From Heterodontus francisci (Eukaryota), in the NCBI RefSeq assembly GCF_036365525.1, contig NC_090399.1, forward strand, positions 8,493,558 to 8,557,557: a DNA stretch of 64,000 nucleotides. Direction: 5' to 3'. The translations under genes were made by a program, and so were the position numbers. The notes below the pieces were generated by a model, which was given only the letters and a program-made list of their open reading frames with translations, was not told where the DNA came from and made no database searches. Positions within the stretch are counted from its first letter, which is position 1; each line of letters opens with the position of its first letter. Shown here piece after piece: positions 12,021 through 24,479 of this stretch.

Positions 12021-14212
12021 GATGGAAAAGGACAAAGATAAAACAGGAGTAAAGGTTCTGCATTGGGGGAAGGGAAATTTTAAAAAACTGAGAGACGACC
12101 TGAAGAAAGTGGACTGGATACAGCTACTTGAAGAAAAATAAGTGACAAACCAGTGGGAGGCATTCAAAAGTGAGATACTATGGGCACAGTGCAGGCATGT
12201 CCCTACAAAGATAAAGGGTGGCACTGCCAAATCTGGAGCCCCCTGGTTATCTAGAAACTTACAGCATAAGTTAAAGCAGAAAAAGAAAGCTTATGACGAT
12301 CACAAAAATCTTAATACTTGAGAAAGCTTAGAGGAGTATAGAAAATGCAGGAGTGATTTAAAAAAGGAAATTAGAAAAGCTAAGAGAGGACATGAAAAAT
12401 TATTGGAGATAAAATCAAGGAAAACCCAAAGATGTTTTATCAGTACATTAAGAGAAAGAGGATAAATAAGGAAAGGGTAGGGCCTATCAGAGATGTACAA
12501 GGGAACTTATGCGTGGATGCAGAAGATGTGGGCAGGGTTCTTAATGAGTTTTTTGTCTCTGGCTTCACAAAGAAGAGGGTTGATGTAGACATTGGAGTTA
12601 AAGAGGAGGAGTGTGAAATATTAGATATGATAAGCATAATGAGGGTCTGACATCCTTGAAAGTGGATAAATCACCAGGGCCAAATGGATTGCATCCCAGG
12701 TTGTTAAAGGAAGCCAGGGAGGAAATAGCAGATCATCTTCAAATACTTACTAGATACAGAAGAGGTACCAGACGATTGGAGGTCTGTAAACATTGGACCA
12801 TTGTTTAAAGAGGGTGCAAGGGATAGGCCAAATAATTATAGACCGGTCAGTCTGACCTCGGTGGTGGGTAAATTGTTAGAATCTATTCTGAGGGACAGGA
12901 TAAACTGTCACTTAGAAAGGCACGGATTAATCAGGGATAGTCAGCATAGATTTGTTAAGGGAAGGTCATGTCTTACTAACTTAATTGAGTTTTTTGAGGA
13001 AGCAACAAGAAGGATTGATGAGGGAAGTGCAGTGGATGTGATCTACCTGGATTTTAGTAAGGCATTTGGCTAGGTCCCACATGGCAGACGGGTTAGTGAA
13101 TTGAAAGCCCATGGGATACAGGGGAATGTGGCAGGTTGGATCCAGAATTGGCTCAGTGACAGGAAAGAAAGGGTAGTAGTCAATAGATGTGAATGGAAAG
13201 CTGTTTCCAGTGGTGTTCCACAGGACTCAGTCCCTTGCAATTTGTGGTATATATTAATGATTAGGTCTTAAATGTGGGAGGCATGATAGGGAATTTGCAG
13301 ATGACACAAAAATTGGCCGTGTAGTTGATAGTGAAGAGGATAGCTGTAGACTCCAACATGATATCAATGGTTTGGTTGAATGGGCGGAAAAGTGATAAAT
13401 GGAATTCAATCTAGGTCAGCGTGAGATAATGCATTTGGGGAGAGCAAATAAAGCGAGGGAATACACAACAAACAGGAGGATATTGAGAGGGTTAGAAGAA
13501 GTGAGAGCTTGGAATGCATGCCCACAGGTCCCTGAAGGTGGCAGGACAGGTAGATAGAGTAGTGTAGAAGACTTCTGGAATGCTTTCCTTTATTGGCCAA
13601 GGTGTAGAATACAAAAGCAGGGATGTAATGCTGGAACTGTACAAAACGCTGGTGAGGCCACAGCTGGAGTATTGCGTACAGTTCTGGTCACCACATTACA
13701 GGAAGGACATAATTGCTCTGGAGAGAGTACAGAGGAGATTTACAAGCACATTGCCAGGGCTTGAAAGTTGCAGCGATGAAGAAAGATTGGACAGGATAGG
13801 GTTATTTTCCTTCGAACAGAGGAGGCTGAGGGGTGACTTAATTGAGGAATGCAAGATTCTGAGGGGCCTAGATAGCGGAGACAGGAAGTACCTGTTTCCC
13901 CGAGTGGAGAAGTTAATTACCAGGGGGCACAGATTTAAGGAAGAAGGATTAGAGGGGTCATAAGGAAAAGCTTTTTCACCCAGAGGGTGGTGGGTGTCTG
14001 GAATTCACTGCCAAGAATGGTGGTAGAGGTAAAAACCCTCAACTCTTTTAAAAGATACCTGGACCTGCACCTGAAATGTTGTAACCTGCGAGACTATGGG
14101 CCAGGTGCTGGAAGGTGGGATTAGATTGGGCGGCTAGTTTTTTTTCCGGCCGGTGCAGACACAACGGGCTGAATAGCCTCCTTCAGTGCTGCAGTTTTTC
14201 TATGGTTCTATT
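12021..14212 (+). mobile_element. Degenerate CR1 LINE (linker, RT and 3' UTR)
   Basis: NYRPVSLTSVVGKLLE, QLEYCVQFWSPHYRKD; tail TTTTTCTATGGTTCTA. Confidence 0.9.
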
Positions 14213-14220
14213 ATTTTCAT

Positions 14221-15197
14221 CATATGAGACACTACTTGAAATTCTTTTAACCAGACATTGCAAAGAACTTGTTTTTTAAAAAAAAATACAAAGCAGCTGA
14301 AAACATAGTTGCACTTTGCATTCTGACAGACAGTTGAATAGAGAGACAATGGGAATGCTCACCGATTCAATTAGGGAGATTGGTCTGGGCAATAGAGGTG
14401 ATCCAAATCCTTTGACTGTGTAAGAGCCAGAACTCCACCCCCAACGGGTCTGTCTAGGAGGCTCTGAAATCGAACCACCCTCCAAGAAGCTGCTGTTTGA
14501 AACAAAGAGATGGTCACATGACCTACCTGCTGGCCAGACTGGGGCTTTTTTGAGTTGTGCCTCACAGAAAGGAATTAGACTGCAATTCCACCACTAAGAA
14601 GGAAGACTGCCACTGGACTGACTCTCTCTCTCTCTCTCTCTGTCTCTCTGTCTCTCCAGCCAAGTCCCAGAAAAATCTTGGTGGAGGCGTAAACTGCAAG
14701 ACTACAGACAAAGCCTTTCTTCGGCCTCCTGGTACCAGAGAAGCAAGCTTGAAATTGTGCACTGAGGCCCCGTGAGGACTCCAAGGCCTTAACTTCAATT
14801 GAAGACATTGTATCAAGGGCATTACCATCCAGTAACTGAATTCTATTTATCACAAACTTTATTTTAAACCTGCCCTCCACAATTCTCTCTTTCTCTCTGT
14901 ATCCATTTGTGTGTGTGTATTTCTCTCGTATGCATGCAAGAATGGCTGCGTCGTGTATTTTAGTAATTTTAACCGTGTTAGAGTGATAAGGCCAATAAAC
15001 GTACATCTTTCTTGTTTAAACCGAAGAAAACCTGTCAGTTTGGTTCATTTTTCATTATAAATAGAGTGCAGTGAGCAAAGGCTCACTGAGGTGGTAAGCT
15101 AAAATCACTGTGTTTTAAAAAGATAAACTCTGTTACAGCCAAAGCAAGAAAAGGGCAAGAGGAGAGTCTGAGACCCCTTCCTCACCCGGTCATAACA
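14221..15197 (+). mobile_element. LTR-like element (Gypsy-type), 5' end unclear
   Basis: Ends GGTCATAACA at 15197; contains (CT)n, (GT)n and AATAAA at ~14994; non-coding. Confidence 0.5.
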
Positions 15198-15363
15198 TCT
15201 AATATTGGCTGCATATGGAGCATACGTGAAGCACTTTTCTCCCAAAACAAAGGGGGGGACATCAAAGATCCAATAGCCTTAATTAAAGACTGTGCAGCAG
15301 TTAGAGAAGTCAGATCCAGGGACAAAATGCAGAACAAATATTCATGATCCACCTGTCGAGCAC

Positions 15364-17270
15364 TGTTATGGATGGAATTGAGAGTGATCTGAAACTCCAG
15401 TTCTTTTTCGCTTTTTTGTCTGTAATCAGTGTGTTTTGGAAAGGAAAATATGTGTGTGTTTCTTAACCCTGAGTATATGAACAATTTGAATAATGTTATG
15501 ATCCTGTAGTTTTTTTTCGGGAAGAATGCAGTGTGCCTTTAAAGCTGGAAAAGGAGCCATACTGCTTTAAGAACCAGCAAGCCTCAGGAGTTATAGAAAG
15601 TGCATTTTGGTTGCCCTGGGATACAGCCATTTGGAGACTGCGATTCAAAGGGTGCCTTCTCATTGCCTTGGATACAGCCACTTGACTGAGCATCAAGAGA
15701 TACATTTGTTATAATTTAATTTTGAACTGACTGATAGTGAAAAACAGCCTGTTCTAAGAGGACACAGACAGACAGCTGTGTGTTAGCACCTGAAAGGAGA
15801 GCTCTCAGACAATTTTAAACTGAAGGAAAAGAATGTAGTCTGTTTATTTATTATTCTTTCTCAAAATTCAAAAATGTCAAGCCAAGACAGAGATCTCTGA
15901 TAATTTAAATGTAAGGAAGGGAAGTTAGACTGTGACAATCTTTTATCCCTCAAAAATTCTAAAGCCAAATTGATTCATTAAGAAGCGTTTGCAAGTGGTT
16001 AATTGTAGAAATTCATCACTGGAGAAGGAGCAACAATTTCGACTTCTGAATTAGACTGAATTCTACAATTGAAAAACTTTTTTTCCCCATTGGACAACTG
16101 TGAGGACTTCAAGCAACCTTGGACTGTTTCACATCCGGCAAGAGCGTAAATTTCCAAGGACTCTAATTTTTTCTATTTTAAGTGTTGTTTATATCTTTGT
16201 AGTGTTTAAGAATTTAGCTTTTCTAATTCAACAGTTAATTTATTAATTTAAAGACACTTGGTTTGGGTAGTCACATTTGGGGGTGAGTAGATGGTACAAT
16301 TGGCTGGGTCTTTCTTTAATTTGTAAAGTTTAAAATGATATGTTAGGTGATCTGTGGAGGGATGTTTCTCTCATCACAATCAGAATCGTATATTTTGATT
16401 GGGGGCTTTGACTGGAACGGTCGGTCATAACAATAACCAGAATCATGCTTTTTATGGGTTTAAATGAAGAGAATTGTTTTTATTCACACATTCACCCCAA
16501 AAATCTAATGCTATGTCACTCATTCACCACTCTCATACACTTGAGAAAGAAAGCCATTAAAGAGGATAGTGCACTTTAACATTACAAGCAAAGGTATTTT
16601 TCATAAGTCACGTGATTTGGCTTATCTTGGGGAAAAGGCATGTGTTGTGGGCCCAGTGAAGAAGGTGTTTTCACTCCTGAAACATAGTTAGGTGGATTCG
16701 ATAGCTAGAGTTGTTTATTAAAGTCATTGCAGATTCTCTCGAGCAGGTGAATTTTCAGCAGGTTATGAAGTTAGTTGCTTGTAGACATATTAGTAGGATG
16801 TTGGTTTTCTGCACTGGTGGATTTGAAAGAGAACAGGTTGGGAAATCTTAAGATGTTACAGTCTCCAGTAATTCTAAGACACAATGGTATTGCCCGGTCT
16901 GCCAGCTGCTTTTTCTGCAGCCTACAGTTTAAAGATTTTTAAAAGGAAACCAACATGACTGTCGCACCATGTGACTTCTCACCGTTCCATTTCCAAATAT
17001 GGTGGGGGTCTAGGTTGATTAGTCTCATCCTGTTTATTGTTCTAAGATATTCATCCTGAGGAAGACTAAGACAATCACCTTCTTTGTTTCAGAAGAAAAC
17101 CATTTAATTCTCGAATTTCTCCCTACGGTTTCAGGATGGGCGTTGATGACACCTCTTAGTCTGGAGGTATTCTTTGGTCCTTTCAGACAGTGAGTCAGTT
17201 CAAGGTCATCTTTGAAGCCCATGTCCACTTTTAATCTCCATTGTGGTTCATTTAAAACAAAAGAAAAATT
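15364..17270 (-). mobile_element. Possible older LTR-like element interrupted by the 15494-16432 solo LTR
   Basis: Starts TGTTATGG at 15364; layout resembles 301-1155; right boundary uncertain. Confidence 0.3.
15494..16432 (+). mobile_element. Solo LTR (Gypsy/Gmr1-type family)
   Basis: TGTTATGA...TCATAACA perfect terminal inverted repeat and 4-bp TSD ATAA; homologous along its length to 61294-62147 and ~25985-26826. Confidence 0.92.
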
Positions 17271-17384
17271 CACTTCCAGAAGTTGCTATGCTGAATATAG
17301 TCCATATTTAAAGTTAAGAAGAGCTCGTGCTTGTACAGGGCATGCCTGTACAAGCACCTGCTCCTGATCCAGGGAAAGGAAGGC

Positions 17385-17580
17385 GCTTGACCGATCAGCC
17401 TTTTGGATTGGTGGATCAGGTTCAGGATGTTGTCATGGATGTACTGGCCGAGGATCATGTAGGACTGGTCAGGGTGAATCGTGTGAACCACCGTGGTACC
17501 AAGGCAAGCAGAAAATACATTGGCAAAGAACTTGTAATCGATGCTGAGGAGGGAGACTGGGCACCAGTGTTTAAGTGTAC
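17385..17580 (-). mobile_element. Tx1/L1-type RT fragment
   Basis: Minus translation HWCPVSLLSIDYKFFANVFSACL..IHPDQSYMILGQYIHDNI, similar to the Tx1-clade motif NWRPVSLL..DYK...IHPDQ. Confidence 0.7.
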
Positions 17581-17703
17581 AGGGACAGAGGGACCAGGGG
17601 ATTCATGTGCACAGAAGTTGGCAGGACATATTGAGAGAGTAGTCAGCAAGGCATCTAGGAGCTTGGGCTTCATAAATTGATACATTAAGTACAAAAGCAG
17701 GGA

Positions 17704-20129
17704 ACATAGAACATAGAACAGGAGAGCACAGTACAGGCCCTTCGGCCCACGATGTTGTGCCGAACCTTTAACCTACTCTAAGATCAAACTAACTACCAAC
17801 CCTTCATTCCACTATCACCCATGTACCTATCCAAGAGTCGCTTAAATGCCCCTAATGTATCTGCTTCTACTACCACCGCTGGCAGTGCATTCCACGCACC
17901 CACCACTCTCTGTGTAAAGAACCTACCTCTGACATCTCCCCGAAAGTTTCCTCCAATCACCTTAAAATTATGCCCCCTGATGATAGCCCTTTCCACCCTG
18001 GGAAAAAGTCTCTGACTATCCACTCTATCCATGCCTCTCATCATCTTGTACCCCTCTATCAAGTCACCTCTCATCCTTCTTCGCTCCAATGAGAAAAGCC
18101 CCAGCTCGCTCAATCTTTCTTCGTAGGACATGCCCTCCAGTCCAGGCAGCATCCTGGTAAATCTCCTCTGCACCCTCTCTAAAGCTTCCACATCCTTCCT
18201 GTAATGAGGCGACCAGAACTGAACACAAAATTCCAAGTGTGGTCGAACCAGGGCCTTATAGAGCTGCAGCATAACCTCGCGGCTCTTAAACTCAATCCCC
18301 CTGTTAATGAAAGCCAACACACCATACGCCTTCGTAACAACCCTATCAACTTGGGTGGCAACTTTGAGCGATCTATGGACATGGACCCCAAGATCCCTCT
18401 GTTCCTCCACACTACCAAGAATCCTGTCTTTAAGCCTGTATTCCGCATTCAAATTCACCCTTCCAAAATGAATCACTTCACACTTTTCCAGGTTGAACTC
18501 CATCTGCCACTTCTCAGCCCAGCTCTGCATCCTGTCAATGTCCCGTTGCAACCTACAACAGCCTTCCACACTATCCACAACTCCAGCAACCTTTGTGTCA
18601 TCGGCAAACTTGCTAACCCAGCCTTCCACTTCCTCATCCAAGTAATTTATAATAATCACAAAGAGCAGAGGTCCCAGAACAGATCCTTGTGGAACACTAC
18701 TGGTCACCGAGCTCCATGCTGAATACTTTCCATCTACTACCACCCTCTGACTTCTATGGGCCAGCCAATTTTGTATCCAGCCAGCCAACCTTCCCTGAAT
18801 CCCATGCCTCCTTACTTTCTGAATGAGCCGACCATGGGGAACCTTATCAAACGCCTTGCTAAAATCCAAATACACCACATCCACTGCTCTTCCTTTATCA
18901 ATGTGTTTTGTCACATCTTCAAAGAATTCAATAAGGCTTGTGAGGCATGACCTGCCCCTCACAAAGCCATGCTGACTGTCTCTAATCAAACAATGCTTTT
19001 CCAAATAATCATAAATCCTGTCTCTCAGAATCCTCTCCAATAATTTGCACACTACCGACGTAAGACTGACTGGTCTATAATTCCCAGAGTTATCCCTATT
19101 CCCTTTCTTGAACAAGGGAATAACATTTTCCACCCTCCAATCATCCGGTACTACTCCAGTGGACAGTGAAGACGCAAAGATCATCGCCAAAGGCGCAGCA
19201 ATCTCTTCCCTCGCTTCCCGTAATATCCTTGGGTATATCCCATCTGGCCCCGGGGACTTATCTGTCCTCATATCATTCAAAATTTCCAGCACATCCTCCC
19301 TCTTAACCTCAACCTGTTCGAGCATATCAGCCTGCTCCACGCTGTCCTCACAAACGACCAGGTCCCTCTCACCAGTGAATACTGAAGCAAAGTATTCATT
19401 TAGGGCCTCCCCTACCTCCTCTGACTCCAGGCACAGGTTCCCTCCACTATCCCTGATCAGCCCTACCCTCACTCTGGCCATCCTCTTGTTCCTCACATAA
19501 GTGTCGAACGCCTTGGGATTTTCCTTAATCCTACCCGCCAAGACTTTTTCATGTCCCCTTCTAGCTCTCCTAAGTCCATTCTTCAGTTCCTTCCTGGCTA
19601 CCTTGTAACCCTCCAGAGCCCTGTCTGATCCTTGCTTCCTCAACCTTAAGTAAGCTTCCTTCTTCCTCTTGACTAGCTGTTCCACATCTCTTATCATCCA
19701 AGGTTCCTTCACCCTACCATCCCTTCCCTGCCTCATCGGGACAAACCTATCCAGCAGTCGCAGCAAGTGCTCCCTAAACAACCTCCACATTTCTGTCGTG
19801 CATTTCCCTGAGAACATCTGTTCCCAATTTATGCTCCCCAGTTCCTGCCTAATAGCATTGGAATTCCCCCTCCCCCAATTAAATATTTTCCCATCCCGTC
19901 TGCTCCTGTCCCTCTCCATGACTATAGTAAAGGTCAGGGAGTTGTGATCACTATCACCGAAATGCTCTCCCACCGATAGATCTGCCTGCTGTCCTGGTTG
20001 TTGCCAAGCACCAAGTCCAACATAGTCTCCCCTCTTGTCGGCCTATCTACATATTTAGTCAGGAAACCTTCCTGGACACACCTGACAAAAACTGCTCCAT
20101 CCAAACTATTTGCACTAAGGAGGTTCCAA
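17704..20129 (-). mobile_element. Young 5'-truncated CR1 LINE
   Basis: (TTCTATG)n tail at 17704-17718. It interrupts an older + strand CR1 piece (KYKSRE | ILNLYKAL at 17590-17703 / 20130-20156). Confidence 0.95.
17793..19973 (-). CDS. CR1 ORF2, partial (end of APE endonuclease plus complete RT), 726 aa open
   Basis: GDSDHN, KSPGPDGI, NYRPVSLTS, PQGSVLGP, FADD and HLEFCVQFW in one uninterrupted frame. Confidence 0.9.
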   Translation of the reverse strand: MGEHFGDSDHNSLTFTIVMERDRSRRDGKIFNWGRGNSNAIRQELGSINWEQMFSGKCTTEMWRLFREHLLRLLDRFVPMRQGRDGRVKEPWMIRDVEQLVKRKKEAYLRLRKQGSDRALEGYKVARKELKNGLRRARRGHEKVLAGRIKENPKAFDTYVRNKRMARVRVGLIRDSGGNLCLESEEVGEALNEYFASVFTGERDLVVCEDSVEQADMLEQVEVKREDVLEILNDMRTDKSPGPDGIYPRILREAREEIAAPLAMIFASSLSTGVVPDDWRVENVIPLFKKGNRDNSGNYRPVSLTSVVCKLLERILRDRIYDYLEKHCLIRDSQHGFVRGRSCLTSLIEFFEDVTKHIDKGRAVDVVYLDFSKAFDKVPHGRLIQKVRRHGIQGRLAGWIQNWLAHRSQRVVVDGKYSAWSSVTSSVPQGSVLGPLLFVIIINYLDEEVEGWVSKFADDTKVAGVVDSVEGCCRLQRDIDRMQSWAEKWQMEFNLEKCEVIHFGRVNLNAEYRLKDRILGSVEEQRDLGVHVHRSLKVATQVDRVVTKAYGVLAFINRGIEFKSREVMLQLYKALVRPHLEFCVQFWSPHYRKDVEALERVQRRFTRMLPGLEGMSYEERLSELGLFSLERRRMRGDLIEGYKMMRGMDRVDSQRLFPRVERAIIRGHNFKVIGGNFRGDVRGRFFTQRVVGAWNALPAVVVEADTLGAFKRLLDRYMGDSGMKGW

Positions 20130-20156
20130 CTAATACTGAACCTATATAAAGCTCTG

Positions 20157-22786
20157 CTGGGGAAACATGATGTGGAACCTCTATGGGTGGAGCTAAGAAA
20201 CACCAAGGGGCAAAAAATGTTGGTGGGGGCTGTATATAGACCCCCAAACAGCAGTGGTGATGTACAGGATGGCATTAAACAGGAAATTAGAGACGTATGC
20301 AATAAGGGTGCAACTGTAATTATGGATGACTTTCATCTACATATAGATTGGGCAAACCAAATTAACAATAATACTGTAGAACAGGAATTCCTGGAGTGCA
20401 TTTGTGATGGTTTTTTGGACCAATAAGTTGAGAAACCAACCAGAGAACAGGCCATCCTAGACTGGGTATTGTGTAATGAGAAAGGATTAGTTAGCAATCT
20501 TGTTGTGCGGGGTCCCTTGGGGAAGAGCGACCATAACATGATAGAATTCTTCATTAAGATGGAGAGTGAGAGAGCTGATTCCAAGACTAGGGTCCTGAAT
20601 CTAAATAAAGGAAAAAATGAAGGTATGAGGCACGAGTTGGCTATGATAAATTGTGAAAAGTTACTTAAAGGGTTGACAGCGGATAAGCAATAGCTGGCAT
20701 TTAAAGAGCACATGGATGAATTACAACAATTGTTCATTACTGTCTGCTGCAAAAATAAAACAGGAAGGGTGGGTCAACCTTGGGTTACAAAAAAATTAGT
20801 GATAGTATGAGATCCAAGGAGGAGAAATATAAAATGGCCAGAACAAGCAGTAAACCTGAAGATTGGGAGCAGTTTAGAATTCAGCAAAGGAGGACAAAGG
20901 GATTGTTAAGAAGGGGAAAATAGAGTATGAGAGTAAGCTTGCAGAGAACATAAAAACTGACTGTAAAAGCTTCTATAGGTATGTGAAGAGAAAAAGATTA
21001 GTGAAGACAAATGTGGGTCCCTTACAGTCCGAAATGGGGAAATTTAAAATGGGGAGCAAAGAAATGGCAGACAAATTAAACATACTTTGGTTCTGACTTC
21101 ACAAAGGAGGACACAAATTACCTCCCAGAAATGTTGGGGAACATAGGGTCTAATGAGAAAGAGGAACTGTATGAAATCAGTATTAGTAGGGAAATGGTGT
21201 TAGGGAAATTGATGGGATTGAAGGCCGATAAATCCCCAGGGCCTGATAATCTACATCCCAGAGTATTTAAGGAAGTGGCCCTAGAAATAGTAGATGCATT
21301 GCTGGTCATTTTTCAAAATTCTATAGACTCTGGACAAGTTCCAATGGATTGGAGGGTAGCTAATGTAACCCCACTATTTAAAAAAGGTAGAGGGAAAACA
21401 GGGAATTATAGATTGGTTAGCCTGACATCAGTAGTGAGGAAAATGATAGAGTCCATTATAAAAGATGTAATAGCAGAGCACTTGGAAAACAATGACAGGA
21501 TTACTCAATGTCAACATGGATTTACGAAAGGGAAATCATGCTTGACAAATCTACTGGAATTTTTTGAGGATGTAACTAGTCGAATAGATAAGGGAGAACC
21601 AGTGGATGTGGTGTATTCGGACTTTCAGAAGTCTTTCAATAAGGTCCCACAGAAGAGATTAGCATGCAAAATTAAAGCACATGGGATTGGGAGTAAGGTA
21701 CTGACATGGATAGAGAACTGGTTGGCAGACAGGAAACAAAGAGTGGCAGGCAGTGACTAGTGGGGTACTGCAGGGATCAATGCTAAGACCCCAGCTATTC
21801 ACAATATATATTAAAAAGACATAGATGAGGGAATTAAAATGTAATATCTCCAAGTTTGCAGACGACATAAAGCTGGGTGGGAGTGTGAGCTGTGAGGAGG
21901 ATGCAGAGAAGCTCCAGTGTGATTTGGACAGGTTGAGTGAGTGGGCAAATACATGGCAGATGCAGTATAATGTGGATAAATGTGAGGTTATCCACTTTGG
22001 TGGCAAAAACAGAAAGGCAGATTATTATCTGAACGGCGATAGATTGGAAAAAAGGGAGGTGCAGCGAGACCTGGTGTCCTTGTGCACCAGTCGCTGAAAG
22101 TAAGCATGCAGGTGCAGAAGGCAGTTAAGAAGGTAAATGGTATGTTGGTCTTCATAGCGAGAGGATTCCAGTACAGGAGCAAGGATGTCTTGCTGCAAGT
22201 ATACAAGGCCTTGGTGAGACCACATCTGGAGTATTGTGTGCAGTTTTGGTCTCCTTATCTGAGGAAGGATGTTCTTGCTATGGAGGGAGTGCAGCGAAGG
22301 TTCACCAGACAGATTCCTGGGATGGCCGGACTGATATATGAAAAGTGATTGGGTTGATTAGGCTTGCATTCGCTAGAGTTTAGAAGAATGAGAGGGGATC
22401 TCATAGAAACCTACAAAATTCTAACAGGACTGGACAGACTAGATGCAGGAAGGATTTTTCTGATGGAGGGGGAGTCCGGGACCAGGGGTCACAGTCTAAG
22501 GATAATGGGTAAGCCATTTCGGACTGAGAGGAGGAGAGATTTCTTCACCCAGAGAGTGGTGAACCTTTGGAATTCTCTACCACGGAATGCAATTGAGGCC
22601 AAATCATTAAATATATTCAAGAAAGAGTTAGATATAGTTCTTAGGGCTAATGGGATCAAGAGATACGGGGAGAAAGCGGGAACAGGTTACTGAGTTTGAA
22701 TGATTAGCCATGATTGTTTGAATGGTGGAGCAGGCTCGAAGGGCCGAATGGCCTACTGCTGCTCCTATTTTGCTATGTTTCTATGT
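20157..22786 (+). mobile_element. Degenerate CR1 LINE (EN, RT and 3' UTR)
   Basis: GAVYRPPNS, GKSDHNMIEF, KSPGPDNLHP, KFADD, HLEYCVQFWSP in several broken frames; CTATG tail. Confidence 0.92.
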
Positions 22787-22870
22787 GCTATAGTGATTAT
22801 GATCAAGGGATAAGATCCGTTTCAATCAAATTTACATTAATTGTTCATTACAATAACTTGAGGATCTTAC

Positions 22871-22897
22871 CTTGACACTCAGAAATCTTCTTCCAAT
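22871..22897 (-). CDS. 27-nt phase-1 micro-exon of butyrophilin-like gene 2 (pre-B30.2 linker, [D]WKKISECQ)
   Basis: tttttcAG|ATTGGAAGAAGATTTCTGAGTGTCAAG|GTaaga. Strong splice sites, 27 nt, in unique DNA; W-K-K resembles the linker exon preceding B30.2 in BTN-family genes. Confidence 0.65.
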
Positions 22898-23769
22898 CTG
22901 AAAAACAGAAGTAATAAACTGATAAAACTGGAGAAATCAGCACGCAAATAATTCCAGAGAAAAAATTTCACTTGCATTTTTGATTGCTGACTGTAAATTG
23001 GACGACATAAACCCCAAAATTACTGGGACCCTGGTACTGGAAAGCTGCCATTGTCTGTGTGGACAAGGGAGGAATTTGGATTATAATCTCGTTAAACCAG
23101 ATCGCTGCCCCTTTTCAAGGCCGTTCCAAAATCTCATGGTAATTGGGGCAAATGCTTTTTGTGTCTGACTCCTGTGTGGGGACACAAAAAGAGATGAGAC
23201 ATGTGGACTGACATCATCAGCCAGAGGTCCTGGCAGTTTCTCCCAACATTATATACCAGTGCAAACCAGCCTGACAGGACTTGGTCCCAGGGGAAGTGGG
23301 TCAGTGTGGTTTTAAATTTCTGTCACTAAACAATAATCCATGAATTTCAGTGCCTGTGGTAACAAGTTCCAGCTGGTGAGATTTGATTTGGGCAGCCTCA
23401 GCAGAATTGGGAGAAGTTTGACAGGTCTTATGTTTCACATGTTTCAAACATAATGGGCTGAATTTTACAGCCCCCCCCCCCCCGATGTCAGGGGTCATAG
23501 TGGGGGAGGCTGGAAAATGCCTCTGGCAGAGGCCCGATATGGGTCTCAACGTTAGGAAGGCCCGGCCCGATATTGCCCGGCGAAGGAGCAACATTTGCAT
23601 ATGTTAATTTATTATAATAAACAAATTGATTATTTTCCTGCTCCCACCATCCACCCTGCTGCGATATTGGTGTCGGTGGCTGGCACTCCCGCACTTCTGG
23701 ATCCCCGTCGGGGAATCAGAGGTGGAATACTGGCAGGGAGGGGGAAGCAGGTAACATTTCAGTGCTGGC

Positions 23770-24467
23770 CCATATTTGTCTTAGCCAAATGTTTCCTTTT
23801 TATGTGCCTGTAGACGCTTTTCCAGTCTGTTTTTATATTTTTGCTAGCTTACATTCATATTCTATTCTCCCTTTCTTTATCAGTTTCTTCATCTTCCTTT
23901 GCTGTATTCTAAAATCTTCCCAATCCTCAGGTGAACTACTACTTCTGGCAGCTTTATAAGCCTTTTCTTTTAAACTTATACAATGCTTAACTTCCACTGT
24001 GGTGTTTTCAGAAGGCTTTTGACAAAGTCCCCCACAGGAGGTTGGTTATCAAAATTAAAGCACATGGGATAGGAGGTAATATACTGACATGGATTAAGGA
24101 TTGGCTAACAGGCAGAAAGCGGAGAGTAGGAATAAACAGGTTATTCCTGTGTTGGCAGGCTGTGACTAGTGGGTTACCGCAGGGATCATCCCAGCTGTTC
24201 ACAATATATATCAGTAATTTGGATGTGGGGACCTGATGTAGTATTGACAAGTTCACGGATAACACAATACTAGATGGGAATATGTGATGTGCGGAAGATG
24301 CAAAGTGGCTTCAAGAGGATTTGGACAGACTTAGTGAGTGGGCAAGAATGTGTCAGATAGAATATAATGTAGAAAAATGTGAGGTTATCTATTTTGGTAG
24401 GAGGAATAGATGTGCAGAGTATTTATTAAATGGTAAGAGATTAGAAAGTGTAGATGTACAAAGGGAA
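23770..24467. mobile_element. Two opposed CR1 fragments
   Basis: 23770-24000 is a minus-strand linker region; 24000-24467 is plus-strand RT (KAFDKVPH..KIKAHGIGG). Confidence 0.75.
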
Positions 24468-24479
24468 GAACATATGAGA

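Noticed and set aside
18179-19947. Many 60-170 aa ORFs antisense to or overlapping CR1, Penelope and RTE ORFs (here and throughout)
   Set aside because: Shadow frames of retroelement coding sequence.
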